From Nematocida ausubeli (Eukaryota), in assembly GCF_000738915.1 (NCBI RefSeq), contig NW_026515635.1, positions 310,001 to 374,000 on the forward strand: DNA of 64,000 nucleotides, read 5' to 3'. Below the pieces are notes generated by a model, which ran no database searches, was not told the origin of the DNA, and worked only from the letters and a program-made list of their open reading frames with translations. Shown one piece after another: positions 41,184 to 51,060 of this stretch. A program made the translations under genes and the position numbers. How positions within the stretch are numbered: position 1 is the stretch's first letter; each line of letters starts with the position of its first letter.

Positions 41184-44100
41184 CTACATATACCTTAGCT
41201 TAATGTAATCTGCAACATTTGGCTTTTCGTAGATTATTACCTTTGTATTAATCATTTTTAGTATGGACTCTGGTAATATCATGCGGTTCTTGGTGAATCC
41301 ACTGAATATATACATGTTTGCACTGTACTTGCTATGTGCTAGCTTCAGCTTGTCAACTGCACATACGCCTATAGTCCAGGAGTCATTAGTCTGCTTGCTG
41401 ACACGCTGTATTCCATTTGTAGAAGAAAAACAGTTCGGGTGCTTTTCAAAAGATACATTGTCAATAAATGACATCTTCTGGTACTCTGCAACATACTCTT
41501 CTTCATCTGCCTCATTTTTCACTACAATTATTATTCGGTCTCTTCTTTTTTTTTGAGCTTCCTTAATCCTTTCATATATAAGATGCCTAGTTATTGCCTG
41601 TATCTCTTTATATGATGTGTTTGGAATCTCTTCTACTATTATGTTGTCTGGCCTTTTAAATTGTATTTTTCTGTCATCAGCTGTGCTGTTCTCTGCTGCA
41701 TCTGCGTCTTCGCATCCTGCATACTCTATCATGTATCCAGCAATTTTGCACAGGGAGCTATCTACCACCCACAGCTCATCATCTGAATACATTCTTACAG
41801 GTGTTATCTCTAGTCGGCCAAAAAATACCTCTTTGCCTGGTATCTTGGAGATTCCCATAACCTTATTTGTGTTATGTGTCATATAACAGTCTTTCTCTTG
41901 GTCAATTTTCAGCATTTTCACAAGCTTGTTTTTATGCTTTATGACAATATATCCAGAGATGGGCTTGCTGAAAAGTAGTCTGTCGTTTTTGTTTACTACG
42001 TCTATCTCCATTATCTCTGTCTTGATTCCTTTCATCAGCTGCTTCTGTAGACAAAGTGCCTTGTATGCATTGCAATACTGCCGGCTGTAGAGAAAGTACT
42101 CTATCAGGCCATTCAGAAGTCTGTCAATATTCTCCATAATACAGCGCTTGTCTATCACCAGAGAGTGCCCTTTTGGGTTTCTATTCTGGATGTGCATAGC
42201 AATTAACAACTCAACTTTTTTTTCTTTTGTTAGCTCCTCTTCGTCATTTCTTATGCCAAGGCCCTTTCTATCGTCACTACGCAGTAAAATATTCTTATAC
42301 TCGTCAGTTCTTGCCAGATATTCTATGACAGGCGCGTCTCTTGGAAGGCCATCCCACTCCACAAGAGTTGCCTCTGACAAAAAGTAATGGCTGATTATAC
42401 GGCCTAGGTCTGTAATGAGTGTGATCTGGCTGCCCTCGCACTCTCTAATAAGTTTGAGCTCGCGCAGTCGGTTGAAAGAAAGAAGAATGTAGTCAGATAT
42501 GAGTCCAGGAATGTGGCGAGGAGTAATTCCATACTTCTCAGGCACTCTGTTCATTCGAATATACAAAAAAGTGGTTTTAAACCACCGAATTGCATCTTCC
42601 TGGTTCTTTATATTTCGCAAATATATTTCAGATGACAGCTTTTCAGGCAGAGTTTTCAATAAGTCACTCTCAATTGGGTCCTCTACCCGCAGCATCCGAA
42701 CATACATCGGAAGCGATTTGTGGTCTGTGATCAGTGTGCCTTCTGCAATTGTGTCATACTGCGGCCTGCCTGCTCTTCCAAACATCTGCTGGATGTTCAA
42801 TATGTCTATATTGATGAGCCCACCTCTTTCAGCACTGTATATCTCCGTGCCAAATATAATCACTGCACGCGCAGGCAAGTTTACACCCCACGCCAGCGTA
42901 GATGTACTCACCAAAACTTTTATTTTTCTGCTTCTAAATGCTTTCTCAGCAAACTCTCTAATATTTCGGGGAAGCCCTGCATTGTGAATAAACATTCGTC
43001 TTGAGTAAACCTCTTTCATCTCACCAACTATCCCTGCATTCTCTGCCTCCTGCGCCAGCATCTCATCTGGCTCAACATCTTCAGAAAGCACATTTGCAAT
43101 GGTTAGAGTGTTTCCTCGGGTGTGCACAAACACGATCACCTGCTGGTGCTCACCTAGCACCTTATCCACTTTCTCTTTCAAAACATTGATCATCTTTTCG
43201 CGCGTGTCTAGCCGTTTTGTCACGTTATCTGCTGTCACATCTACATTTTTTCTTGTGCCTATTACTGAGTATGTAATTGGAACAGGCCTATCCCCAGGCC
43301 CAAACACGTGTAGGTGCTTTCTGGCTACCGCAAGAAACTTTGCAATATCCTTTGGATTTGGGAGTGTTGCAGATATACCAACAATGCGGATCTGCTTCTG
43401 GAGTCTTTCAGATATTAGCTTCAGCCTGCTCACAATGGCCTCAATTGTAGGCCCTCTTGTGTCGTTCAGAATGTGAATTTCATCAAGAATTATAAGAGAT
43501 GTGTGCCGCAAGAGAAACGAGGATATTTTACGCGTAGCCACATCGTATTTCTCAGGCGTGCACACCAGCACAACGCTTTTTTCTAGCTCTGATTGTGTCA
43601 AGTCCATGTCTCCAGTGTATTCGTTGACCTGAACAGGAAGCCTGCGCTTAAACTTACTGGTTATTTCAGATGCGAGGGCCTTCATTGGGGCAATATATAT
43701 TATCTTGTTTTTGTCTGAAGAAGCCCCGCTTTCTAGCTGTTTTACAATGGAAAGAAGTGCTATATCTGTTTTTCCTGCCCCCGTTGGCGCACATATAAGC
43801 GTATTCTCTTTTGCTCTATAGACACTTTCAAACACAGAGGACTGCACATGATTGAACTCTTTGTACTGTGAGCTAAATACACTTCTATATGCTTCAGAAA
43901 TTTCCTTAACTGACACTTTTTCAATTGGTGGGCTGGGTGCAGGTGACTCTAGGATATACTCGTCATAGTAGTCTGTTGACACCTGCTTAATCTTTGATGC
44001 AAATATTTTGTCAAGTGTTTCCTCTATGCTTACTACTTGATGCACAGGCATAAAAGGCTTTGGTTTTTTCTTGTGCTTTTCAAGAAGCTCTATAATATCT

Positions 44101-44237
44101 CCTATGGAAGAGTCTCCAAGTAACTCCAGTAGGTCTTCTTCTGGTGTAGCCGATTTAAGCGTGTTTTTAATCATCTCTTCAGATTCCTTGCTGGATATTC
44201 CAAATAGACTGGACAGTTTATTTGTAAGATTCTGCAT
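41184..44237 (-). CDS. Ski2-like DExH helicase with Sec63 domain (Slh1/ASCC3 or Brr2 family), single cassette
   Basis: APTGAGKTDIALL, APMKALA, TPEK, DEIH, SATLPN, RPVP, HNAG, TSTLAWGVNLPA, QMFGRAGRPQYD, TDLGRIISHYF. Confidence 0.88.
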   Translation of the reverse strand: MQNLTNKLSSLFGISSKESEEMIKNTLKSATPEEDLLELLGDSSIGDIIELLEKHKKKPKPFMPVHQVVSIEETLDKIFASKIKQVSTDYYDEYILESPAPSPPIEKVSVKEISEAYRSVFSSQYKEFNHVQSSVFESVYRAKENTLICAPTGAGKTDIALLSIVKQLESGASSDKNKIIYIAPMKALASEITSKFKRRLPVQVNEYTGDMDLTQSELEKSVVLVCTPEKYDVATRKISSFLLRHTSLIILDEIHILNDTRGPTIEAIVSRLKLISERLQKQIRIVGISATLPNPKDIAKFLAVARKHLHVFGPGDRPVPITYSVIGTRKNVDVTADNVTKRLDTREKMINVLKEKVDKVLGEHQQVIVFVHTRGNTLTIANVLSEDVEPDEMLAQEAENAGIVGEMKEVYSRRMFIHNAGLPRNIREFAEKAFRSRKIKVLVSTSTLAWGVNLPARAVIIFGTEIYSAERGGLINIDILNIQQMFGRAGRPQYDTIAEGTLITDHKSLPMYVRMLRVEDPIESDLLKTLPEKLSSEIYLRNIKNQEDAIRWFKTTFLYIRMNRVPEKYGITPRHIPGLISDYILLSFNRLRELKLIRECEGSQITLITDLGRIISHYFLSEATLVEWDGLPRDAPVIEYLARTDEYKNILLRSDDRKGLGIRNDEEELTKEKKVELLIAMHIQNRNPKGHSLVIDKRCIMENIDRLLNGLIEYFLYSRQYCNAYKALCLQKQLMKGIKTEIMEIDVVNKNDRLLFSKPISGYIVIKHKNKLVKMLKIDQEKDCYMTHNTNKVMGISKIPGKEVFFGRLEITPVRMYSDDELWVVDSSLCKIAGYMIEYAGCEDADAAENSTADDRKIQFKRPDNIIVEEIPNTSYKEIQAITRHLIYERIKEAQKKRRDRIIIVVKNEADEEEYVAEYQKMSFIDNVSFEKHPNCFSSTNGIQRVSKQTNDSWTIGVCAVDKLKLAHSKYSANMYIFSGFTKNRMILPESILKMINTKVIIYEKPNVADYIKLRYM

Positions 44238-45351
44238 GGTTTGAAAAACATAAAAATCTTTTTCAATTCAAACTATCTTTAGAAAGACTTAGTGCATGCT
44301 TTAATAAGATGTTAAATGAATATACTTCAATATTGGAGTGTAAATAAGTTCGAAAAGACTTAAGATTTGCAGAAAAGAACTTTATTTCTATTTCTGTATA
44401 ATAGAATAGTTATTTATATAAATTTAAATAAGAATGCTTTAAATAGAAATCCTCTTCTTCTTTGTATTTTTAGTAAAGGACTATGCACATTCTATTAACT
44501 GTACTTTTTCATAATATAGAGGAAAAACTAATTATTAAGAAAGAAATGCCTCTCTTTTAGATTTCTAGTATGGAAATGGTAGATAAACAGTTATGTCTAA
44601 GTCTAGAGAATTCTTTATTGTGCTCAGGAAAGTGCTTGCTGTAATCTATAGATAGTCTGTTGAACACAGGAAAATTCAACTTTCATGCTACAAAAGCAAA
44701 TATATAGCAAAAAATACAGCAGCAGTTATTCTAACTATTTTTTTACCACGGTTGTTCTCCTCAGCATAGTATATTTCGTTTATGTGCATTTTTGCAAAAA
44801 ATAGAAGAAAATACATATACCACAATAAAAAGTATAGTGAGTACGCAAACAGTTTTATATGCAAAATATTTCTCTACCGAAATAATATTTAGTTTACACA
44901 TAGAATATGCATTATTCGAAAAAAAACAGCTAGATTCACTTCTTTAGGCTACCTAGAAAAAGGACGTTATTCAGACATTAGGCATGGTAGATTATGTGCA
45001 TTTTCCTGGATAAGCTATAGACACACTTCTATCTAAGGAGAAATTCGCTAAAAAGTCAATGTGCATCAAAAAACGTCACAGTAAGCAAGCACCCAATTAT
45101 TCAAAAAGAAATATGGCAGCTAGCCACTCACTGCGTATACAATTATGGCATCTCCCTTTTCACGGAGAAAATTTCTACCTGGATCAAAGTGCTATTTTTA
45201 AAAATACATTCTGATTGGCCTAATACAAAGCACCATTCTGAAAAAAATGCTTTTCGAAAGCTGTTGGTGCATATAAATATCAGGAATAGCAAAGCCCACC
45301 GAAAAAATGATTTAAATAAGTATAAATACAAATGCACACTAGAAGAATATA

Positions 45352-45789
45352 ATGAGATTCATACTAGTAGTTTTAGCAATAATAGCAATTTTATCCATAG
45401 TAAGCAAAGTATCTGCAGAAGATGCGAAAAAAGCTCCCGCACCAGCAAAAAAAGAAGAAGAGAAAGACAAAGCTGGAGCAAAAGGGAAAAATCAGGAAAT
45501 GGCTCCACCAGCACAAGAGAACGGCGTGAATGCTGCGAATCCTCCCAATGCCGCCGGTAAATGCCAGGACCCAAACTGCCAAGGTGGTGCAGGATGCAAA
45601 AACCCAAACTGCCAAGATCCAAACTGTCAGGACCCAAACTGCAAAGCTGGAGCAGGACCTAAAGCCCCAAACGGCCAGGCAGCAGGTAATCAAGACCCAA
45701 ACAACAAAGGCCAGGATGCTTCCAAAGACCAAAACGGCAAAGGCAAAGCCTGTACTGGTGAAAACCCTGCTATAAATGGTGGGAAGTAA
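45352..45789 (+). CDS. Small secreted Cys/Pro/Asn-rich repeat protein
   Basis: Signal peptide MRFILVVLAIIAILSIVSKVSA; CQDPN repeats; TATAAATA at 45321-45328. Confidence 0.8.
   Translation: MRFILVVLAIIAILSIVSKVSAEDAKKAPAPAKKEEEKDKAGAKGKNQEMAPPAQENGVNAANPPNAAGKCQDPNCQGGAGCKNPNCQDPNCQDPNCKAGAGPKAPNGQAAGNQDPNNKGQDASKDQNGKGKACTGENPAINGGK
45562..45645 (+). repeat. 15-bp coding repeats (C-Q/K-D/N-P-N)
   Basis: tgccaggacccaaac, tgcaaaaacccaaac, tgccaagatccaaac, tgtcaggacccaaac. Confidence 0.85.
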
Positions 45790-46077
45790 ACTTCCAAACC
45801 AAAAAACCTCTTGCATATAAGATGACACTGGAAAGACTATGAATACATCCTACTGAGTACAGATGGGATTGACTTCCATGTCTCTTTGGTTTAAATATAC
45901 TAGCTTTATACTGGAATGCAAAGTAAATAGACCTTTCTCTAGATAGAGTGAATTTTATAGAAGAATAAATAGTATATTTCATTTTCCTTTAATTAACACA
46001 TATTTATCATGCAAATCTTGCTGAGTAATCCATTAATATGGCGAGAACCAGCGTTCAGAGAGCCATATTTTCTTCAG

Positions 46078-46443
46078 CTACTCTTCTATTGTGTATCCCA
46101 AAACTTTTTTTATACGATCGGATACTTCTCTTTCGCTTGGGGCGTCTTTGCTGTGCACCGAGCTGGAAATTGTAAACTCCACAGAGAGCCCATCAATTAC
46201 ATCATCTATAGCCTGGTTCCATCTTTCTATTTCATCGGCCTGTATTGGCTTTCTTTTCTGAATAAAATATGTTTCACACTCGGGCAGTATTTTTGTGGAG
46301 AGAAATACCTCTGGAATCTGAAAGTTTGCAGTGCCTGGGACTAGCGCAATGCCCTCGCACTCTTCGCCCTCCAGAATAGCGTTCAGCCCCTCCGCCCTTT
46401 TCAAAGCATTCTTTTTGCTGAGTATTTGCCGCAGTCTATCCAT
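46078..46443 (-). CDS. Hypothetical protein (121 aa)
   Basis: ATG-started ORF 29 bp head-to-head with rpS3. Confidence 0.6.
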   Translation of the reverse strand: MDRLRQILSKKNALKRAEGLNAILEGEECEGIALVPGTANFQIPEVFLSTKILPECETYFIQKRKPIQADEIERWNQAIDDVIDGLSVEFTISSSVHSKDAPSEREVSDRIKKVLGYTIEE

Positions 46444-46472
46444 TTTTATTTTATTTTATTTTCTACCCCCAG

Positions 46473-47204
46473 ATGACTAAAATAGAACGCAGAGAAAAAA
46501 GATACGCTGCCATGGCGGATGATTTATCCATTGTAAGCCAGGGTATGGTATACACCGAGCTGAATGAGATGTTTTCCAAGTTCATGATAAACGATGAGTA
46601 CGCCGGCATGGACTACAAGCCATACAGCAGCCCCATTGAAATCACACTGAAGCTTGGAAAGCCAGCAGGCATGCTGGAGAACAACAAGCTCAGAATTAAG
46701 CAGCTTATTACTCTTATTCAGATGAGATTCAGGCTTGAGGAGGGATCTGTCTCTATTTTCATAGAGCAGGTGAAAAACAAGGCTCTCAACGCACAGATCC
46801 AGGCAAACCAGATCAGAGAGAAGATTGGAGCATCTCTTCCCGTCAGAAGAGCTGTGTCTGGCGCAATTCGAACCATTATGGAAGGCGGAGCAGCTGGTGT
46901 AGAGGTCATTATATCAGGAAAGCTGAAGGGACAGAGAGCAAGAAGCTACAAAGTAGTGGGCGGTATTATGAAACACTCTGGAGATTCTATCAAGGACTAC
47001 GTAAAGAAAGGAATGTCCAGCATTCTTCTGAAGCAGGGAATCCTAGGAATCAAGGTGGCAATTACCCTAAAGCACGACCCAACCGGAAAGATCGGAACTG
47101 CAGTGCAGCACCCAAGCAGCGTAACTATCTTCTCACAGGAGGAGCTTGCGCAGAAGAAGAAAGTAAAGGCATATCCTGCAAAGGCATACAGCCACAGCAA
47201 ATAA
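46473..47204 (+). CDS. RPS3: 40S ribosomal protein uS3
   Basis: ELNEMF, RIKQL, ALNAQIQA, VRRA, GVEVIISGKLKGQRA, LKQGILGIKV; CCCCC upstream of the ATG. Confidence 0.95.
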   Translation: MTKIERREKRYAAMADDLSIVSQGMVYTELNEMFSKFMINDEYAGMDYKPYSSPIEITLKLGKPAGMLENNKLRIKQLITLIQMRFRLEEGSVSIFIEQVKNKALNAQIQANQIREKIGASLPVRRAVSGAIRTIMEGGAAGVEVIISGKLKGQRARSYKVVGGIMKHSGDSIKDYVKKGMSSILLKQGILGIKVAITLKHDPTGKIGTAVQHPSSVTIFSQEELAQKKKVKAYPAKAYSHSK

Positions 47205-47538
47205 ATCTGCTTTAAATTAGTTATTTATTGTTCTAGCAGAGCACCCCACGTGCTGTGCTTATTTTTAGTGGTGCGGAGAAGCTGCATTTGCTACAGGCCT
47301 CCGTATGGTAGGATGGCATCTTCAAGTGCAGAAAAAGTATGTGCAGCACTTCTGTGGGAAGTGTCTGGCATAAATTGCTCTATAAATGATCGCGGTTGAG
47401 AAAGTAATCTATTCAGCTCTAATTAAATGCGATTAATAATCAATGTATTATGCACGCTGATAGTGGAAATAATACAGCCTTCCAGCAGCACATATATTGG
47501 CATTAATGAATATACTTCTAAAGTAGACGAATCTTTGC

Positions 47539-48204
47539 CTACACAAGAGACATAATTGCCTGTATATTTTCCTGGGTAGCTGGGGATATCCATGCATATC
47601 CATTCATGCTAAACAGACTTGTAGCTGAAACATTCAGTGCTGGGGGATTCAGCAGATACTTTCTGCTCTGGAGTATCCCTACTTTAAGCGCAGCCCCGCC
47701 TTTTAGAAGGCCCATACCCTTTACAGCCTCTGTTTTGCAGGATATGACAGCTTCAGCATGCGGTGCATCCTCTACCACCTGTGCTAGAATTACATCCCCA
47801 ACATTCAGAGACACTCTGTTTCTTTTTGTTGCTGTGGGAAAGTCTAGATAGTTTATAATTGCATACGATGGTGCCCCTATGTCCACCTTGTACGTCTCCT
47901 TGCCCTTTCCTTTGACTATCCCAAGAACAATATCATCTAGCAAGGGAATGTATCTAAACTGCTTGAAGTTCACCCAGAAGTTGTGTTTGTCCAGAGAGAG
48001 GAGCTCGCCAAAAGCAGAAGACGTCTTCTGTGCCGTGCCAGAAATTCTGTCTGCTGTTCTTGCTCCAGAGCCATATCCAGAGGAAGACCGTGCAGTATGT
48101 GCAGCAGCAGCTTCTTTGGGTGCTGTGCTTGGCCTGTGGGTCTTTATTCCAATTGATACGTTCTGTAACTCTTGCTTAATTTGTTCACCCGGTAATAAGA
48201 ACAT
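47539..48204 (-). CDS. RRP40: Exosome cap subunit Rrp40
   Basis: LLPGE, RYIPLLDDIVLGIV, YKVDIG, FPTATKRNRVSLNVGD, MNGYAWI. Confidence 0.88.
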   Translation of the reverse strand: MFLLPGEQIKQELQNVSIGIKTHRPSTAPKEAAAAHTARSSSGYGSGARTADRISGTAQKTSSAFGELLSLDKHNFWVNFKQFRYIPLLDDIVLGIVKGKGKETYKVDIGAPSYAIINYLDFPTATKRNRVSLNVGDVILAQVVEDAPHAEAVISCKTEAVKGMGLLKGGAALKVGILQSRKYLLNPPALNVSATSLFSMNGYAWISPATQENIQAIMSLV

Positions 48205-48248
48205 TCTATAATAAAATATTTACATCATATATTGTTTCATTTTTCCTC

Positions 48249-50114
48249 ATGTTTACTAAACATATGAATTTGCATAAGGAGGACTCCAAGGTAAAAAAGA
48301 CTTTTGATCAAGATAGAAAGAGAAAGGATAAAGTAAAAAATGACAAAGCATTCAGACTGCATAGTGATATAAAGAAAGGCGATTTCTACAAAGTTATTCT
48401 GCATAACAATGAGTGCAGAACAGGAAGACTCGTAGATATGACCGATAAAGAGATAAGGTTTAGTGAGTACACAGAGAGTGATAGCACAGTTGCATACGAA
48501 TACACTCACAAAATTGAGGATATTGCAAGTCTGGAGCCCATGATACTTTCTCTTCGCAAGGAAAGCAGTAACATAAAAAACAATGTAGTCATTGTTACAA
48601 TGCGGACGGGAACCACTGGGTATGGGGAGTTGCAGAAGGAAACAAAAGATTGTTTGGTTCTTAACAACTTCGTGTTCTTCTCTGACGCATATATTCCATA
48701 TGACATCACGATAAAGAAGGTTCTTATTCGGGACTATCTTAAGCTGAGTGTTCCAGTTAGCGAGCCAATTGACAGCGAGAAGCTGGAGAAGTCTTTCCAA
48801 ATTGACAGTGAAGTGGGGAAAAAGAGGTTTGGAAAAGCAAAAGAGCTACAGTCTTTCTACGCCAGTGGAGAAGCCCCTCAGAAGGAAGCCATTTCCAAGT
48901 CGCACAATGGCAAAGAGGTATGGAACCAGTTTGAGGCAAATGAAAAGTTATTTGGAATGAAGGCAACATTTGATGAGTCTGTGTATACGACTGTCCTGGA
49001 CAAAAACTCAAAAGAGTACAAGAAGTATGCATATGAGGCAGAATGCATTGCAAGACGAATTGACAACCCAACATCTTCTAATCTACATATGGAAGAGGAA
49101 AGAGGCCGAATTAGCAATGCTGGAGAGGATGAGAAGTATGGATCTGCATTCTCTCGACATGACTCCCGCAGAGATTCAAAAGAGAAGCTAAGTGACTCCA
49201 AGGAGAAAGAGCTCCAGGCGATAGACAAAGAACTGAAAGAACTGCAAGCTAAGGAGAAGGAATTGAAAGAACTACAGGCCAAGGAGAAAGAGTTGAAAGA
49301 ACTGCAAGCTAAGGAAAAAGAATTGAAAGAACTGCAAGCTAAGGAGAAGGAATTGAAAGAACTTCAGGCTAAGGAGAAAGAACTCAAAGAACTACAAGCT
49401 AAGGAAAAAGAGCCAGCAAATTCTGATACACAAGAAGAAGCTGCTGATTCATCATCCACCTCTGAAAGCAAAGCATCCACTAGGCTCACCCACAAAAAAA
49501 GCTCTTCTACGCCTACATCCAAAAGTGACTTGCCTAAGAAGCAGGATAAGCCAAAGCATGCAGTCCATCCTATGCTCAATCAGGCTGGAGTGGATCTTAG
49601 TGATATGGTCTTTTCTAGTATGCGCAATAAAACCAAAGCTGAGGCTGCACAGAAACCCCCCACAAAGCCTGAAGAAAAGCTCAAAACTATCAACCTTGCT
49701 TCAAAGCCCGAAGAGAGCACTACTCAGAAAGAGACAAGCCCAGCACCTGTGAGAAGACTAAATCCCCACGCAAGAATGTTTGACCCAGCAAAAGCCCCCA
49801 GGTCTAATTTTTTGATATCTCCTAGTTTAGCAAAGGCAATCAAAGAGCTAAGCGAAGCATGGACAGTCTATGGTGAAATAAATGCAATTCTGTGGAAAAA
49901 GCCAAAACAGGCGCCAGCCACAGCCGAAACAACAAGCGATGACAAGGAAAAGCTTCAATCTTCTGAAGACAAAGAAGAGTCTGCTGAGACCGATGCATCT
50001 GAAAAGAAGAATGAAGCCGAGAGAAAAGATAAAAGGGAAAGACAAGACAAAAAAGGCATGCGCGGCTACCCCATACAAAGAAAAGACCATCCAAATAAAT
50101 TCGCCAGGAAATAG
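48249..50114 (+). CDS. PBP1: Ataxin-2/Pbp1-like protein (LsmAD, PAM2)
   Basis: WNQFEANEKLFG..TFDESVYTT, HMEEERG, EDEKYG (LsmAD); PAM2-like LNPHARMFDP. Confidence 0.85.
   Translation: MFTKHMNLHKEDSKVKKTFDQDRKRKDKVKNDKAFRLHSDIKKGDFYKVILHNNECRTGRLVDMTDKEIRFSEYTESDSTVAYEYTHKIEDIASLEPMILSLRKESSNIKNNVVIVTMRTGTTGYGELQKETKDCLVLNNFVFFSDAYIPYDITIKKVLIRDYLKLSVPVSEPIDSEKLEKSFQIDSEVGKKRFGKAKELQSFYASGEAPQKEAISKSHNGKEVWNQFEANEKLFGMKATFDESVYTTVLDKNSKEYKKYAYEAECIARRIDNPTSSNLHMEEERGRISNAGEDEKYGSAFSRHDSRRDSKEKLSDSKEKELQAIDKELKELQAKEKELKELQAKEKELKELQAKEKELKELQAKEKELKELQAKEKELKELQAKEKEPANSDTQEEAADSSSTSESKASTRLTHKKSSSTPTSKSDLPKKQDKPKHAVHPMLNQAGVDLSDMVFSSMRNKTKAEAAQKPPTKPEEKLKTINLASKPEESTTQKETSPAPVRRLNPHARMFDPAKAPRSNFLISPSLAKAIKELSEAWTVYGEINAILWKKPKQAPATAETTSDDKEKLQSSEDKEESAETDASEKKNEAERKDKRERQDKKGMRGYPIQRKDHPNKFARK
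49227..49412 (+). repeat. 30-bp coding tandem repeat (KEKELKELQA, 5 full units plus partials)
   Basis: Five full units at 49251-49400 that differ only at synonymous sites. Confidence 0.95.
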
Positions 50115-50217
50115 CGGGCCATCCATACACCTGCTTCAGAGAATAAATCTTTTGCGTTTATTTACTATATATTCTTGCAATAATCTCCTGCTTGTGTCTA
50201 ATCTCTTTAATGCGTCG

Positions 50218-51060
50218 TCAGAAGTGCTTGAAGTACGTGTCAATTGCAGCCTTGTCCCTCTCTAGATACTCGGTGGCCTTTGTGTCAGTGATTTTCACCA
50301 TTTGCGGAAAGTCTATTACTTTTACTCTTTTAAAGTCATCCCGCACCATGATATTAAACTCGTTAAAATCTCCGTGCACATACCCTAGATCGTACATTCT
50401 GCCAACTATCGCAAAAAGAGCATCTTTCATGGCATGTGGAACAATGCTAGAGGATCTTTGTATCTTAGACAGCGCAGTGTATCCCTCAAGGTACTCCATT
50501 ACGACAATGTGCCTGTTCTGAGCATACGGCTTTGGCATAGGAAGCCTCTTTGCATATAACTCTGTCATATAGGCATATTCCTTCTGGGCTGAAAGTCTGG
50601 AAAGATACATCCAGGAAGTGTGTTTCCTTTTGTCGTGGTAGTCTCTGGTGTTTTTTACGGCTTTGAAGCATACCCGCCCAAGTCTATGTATTTTTATGCA
50701 AAGAAGCTTTTTCTCTGGGGATATCCCAAGAAATAAATCAGACTCCTTTCCTACGCCTATTTTGTTTGCAACTCCTTCTATGACACCCTCTTTCTGCAGA
50801 GCGTATAAAGCCAGGTTGTCGTATCCATTGTATGTTAGAGCATATCCTTCATAGCCTGTCTCTATGCTTGGGATGCTCTTAAGAAATGTCTGCCTTACAA
50901 GATCCGAGACAATTGCATTAATATTACAGCTTATGTTGGATATCTTGGAAATTAAGTCAAGAGGAACTGACTCATGGTTCTTGCTGCCCATTTCTGTGGC
51001 AAGAAGGACTCTAAAGTGCTCTGGTGCCAGAAACTGCATTTGGTTGCATGTAAACTTCAT
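50218..51060 (-). CDS. RIO2: Rio2 kinase
   Basis: EMGSKNHE, GYALTYNGYD, IGVGKESD, HRLGR, VHGDFNEFNI, IDFPQM. Confidence 0.95.
   Translation of the reverse strand: MKFTCNQMQFLAPEHFRVLLATEMGSKNHESVPLDLISKISNISCNINAIVSDLVRQTFLKSIPSIETGYEGYALTYNGYDNLALYALQKEGVIEGVANKIGVGKESDLFLGISPEKKLLCIKIHRLGRVCFKAVKNTRDYHDKRKHTSWMYLSRLSAQKEYAYMTELYAKRLPMPKPYAQNRHIVVMEYLEGYTALSKIQRSSSIVPHAMKDALFAIVGRMYDLGYVHGDFNEFNIMVRDDFKRVKVIDFPQMVKITDTKATEYLERDKAAIDTYFKHF

Noticed and set aside
49227..49412. 30-bp repeats as a CRISPR-like array
   Set aside because: No spacers, in-frame coding repeat, eukaryotic context.
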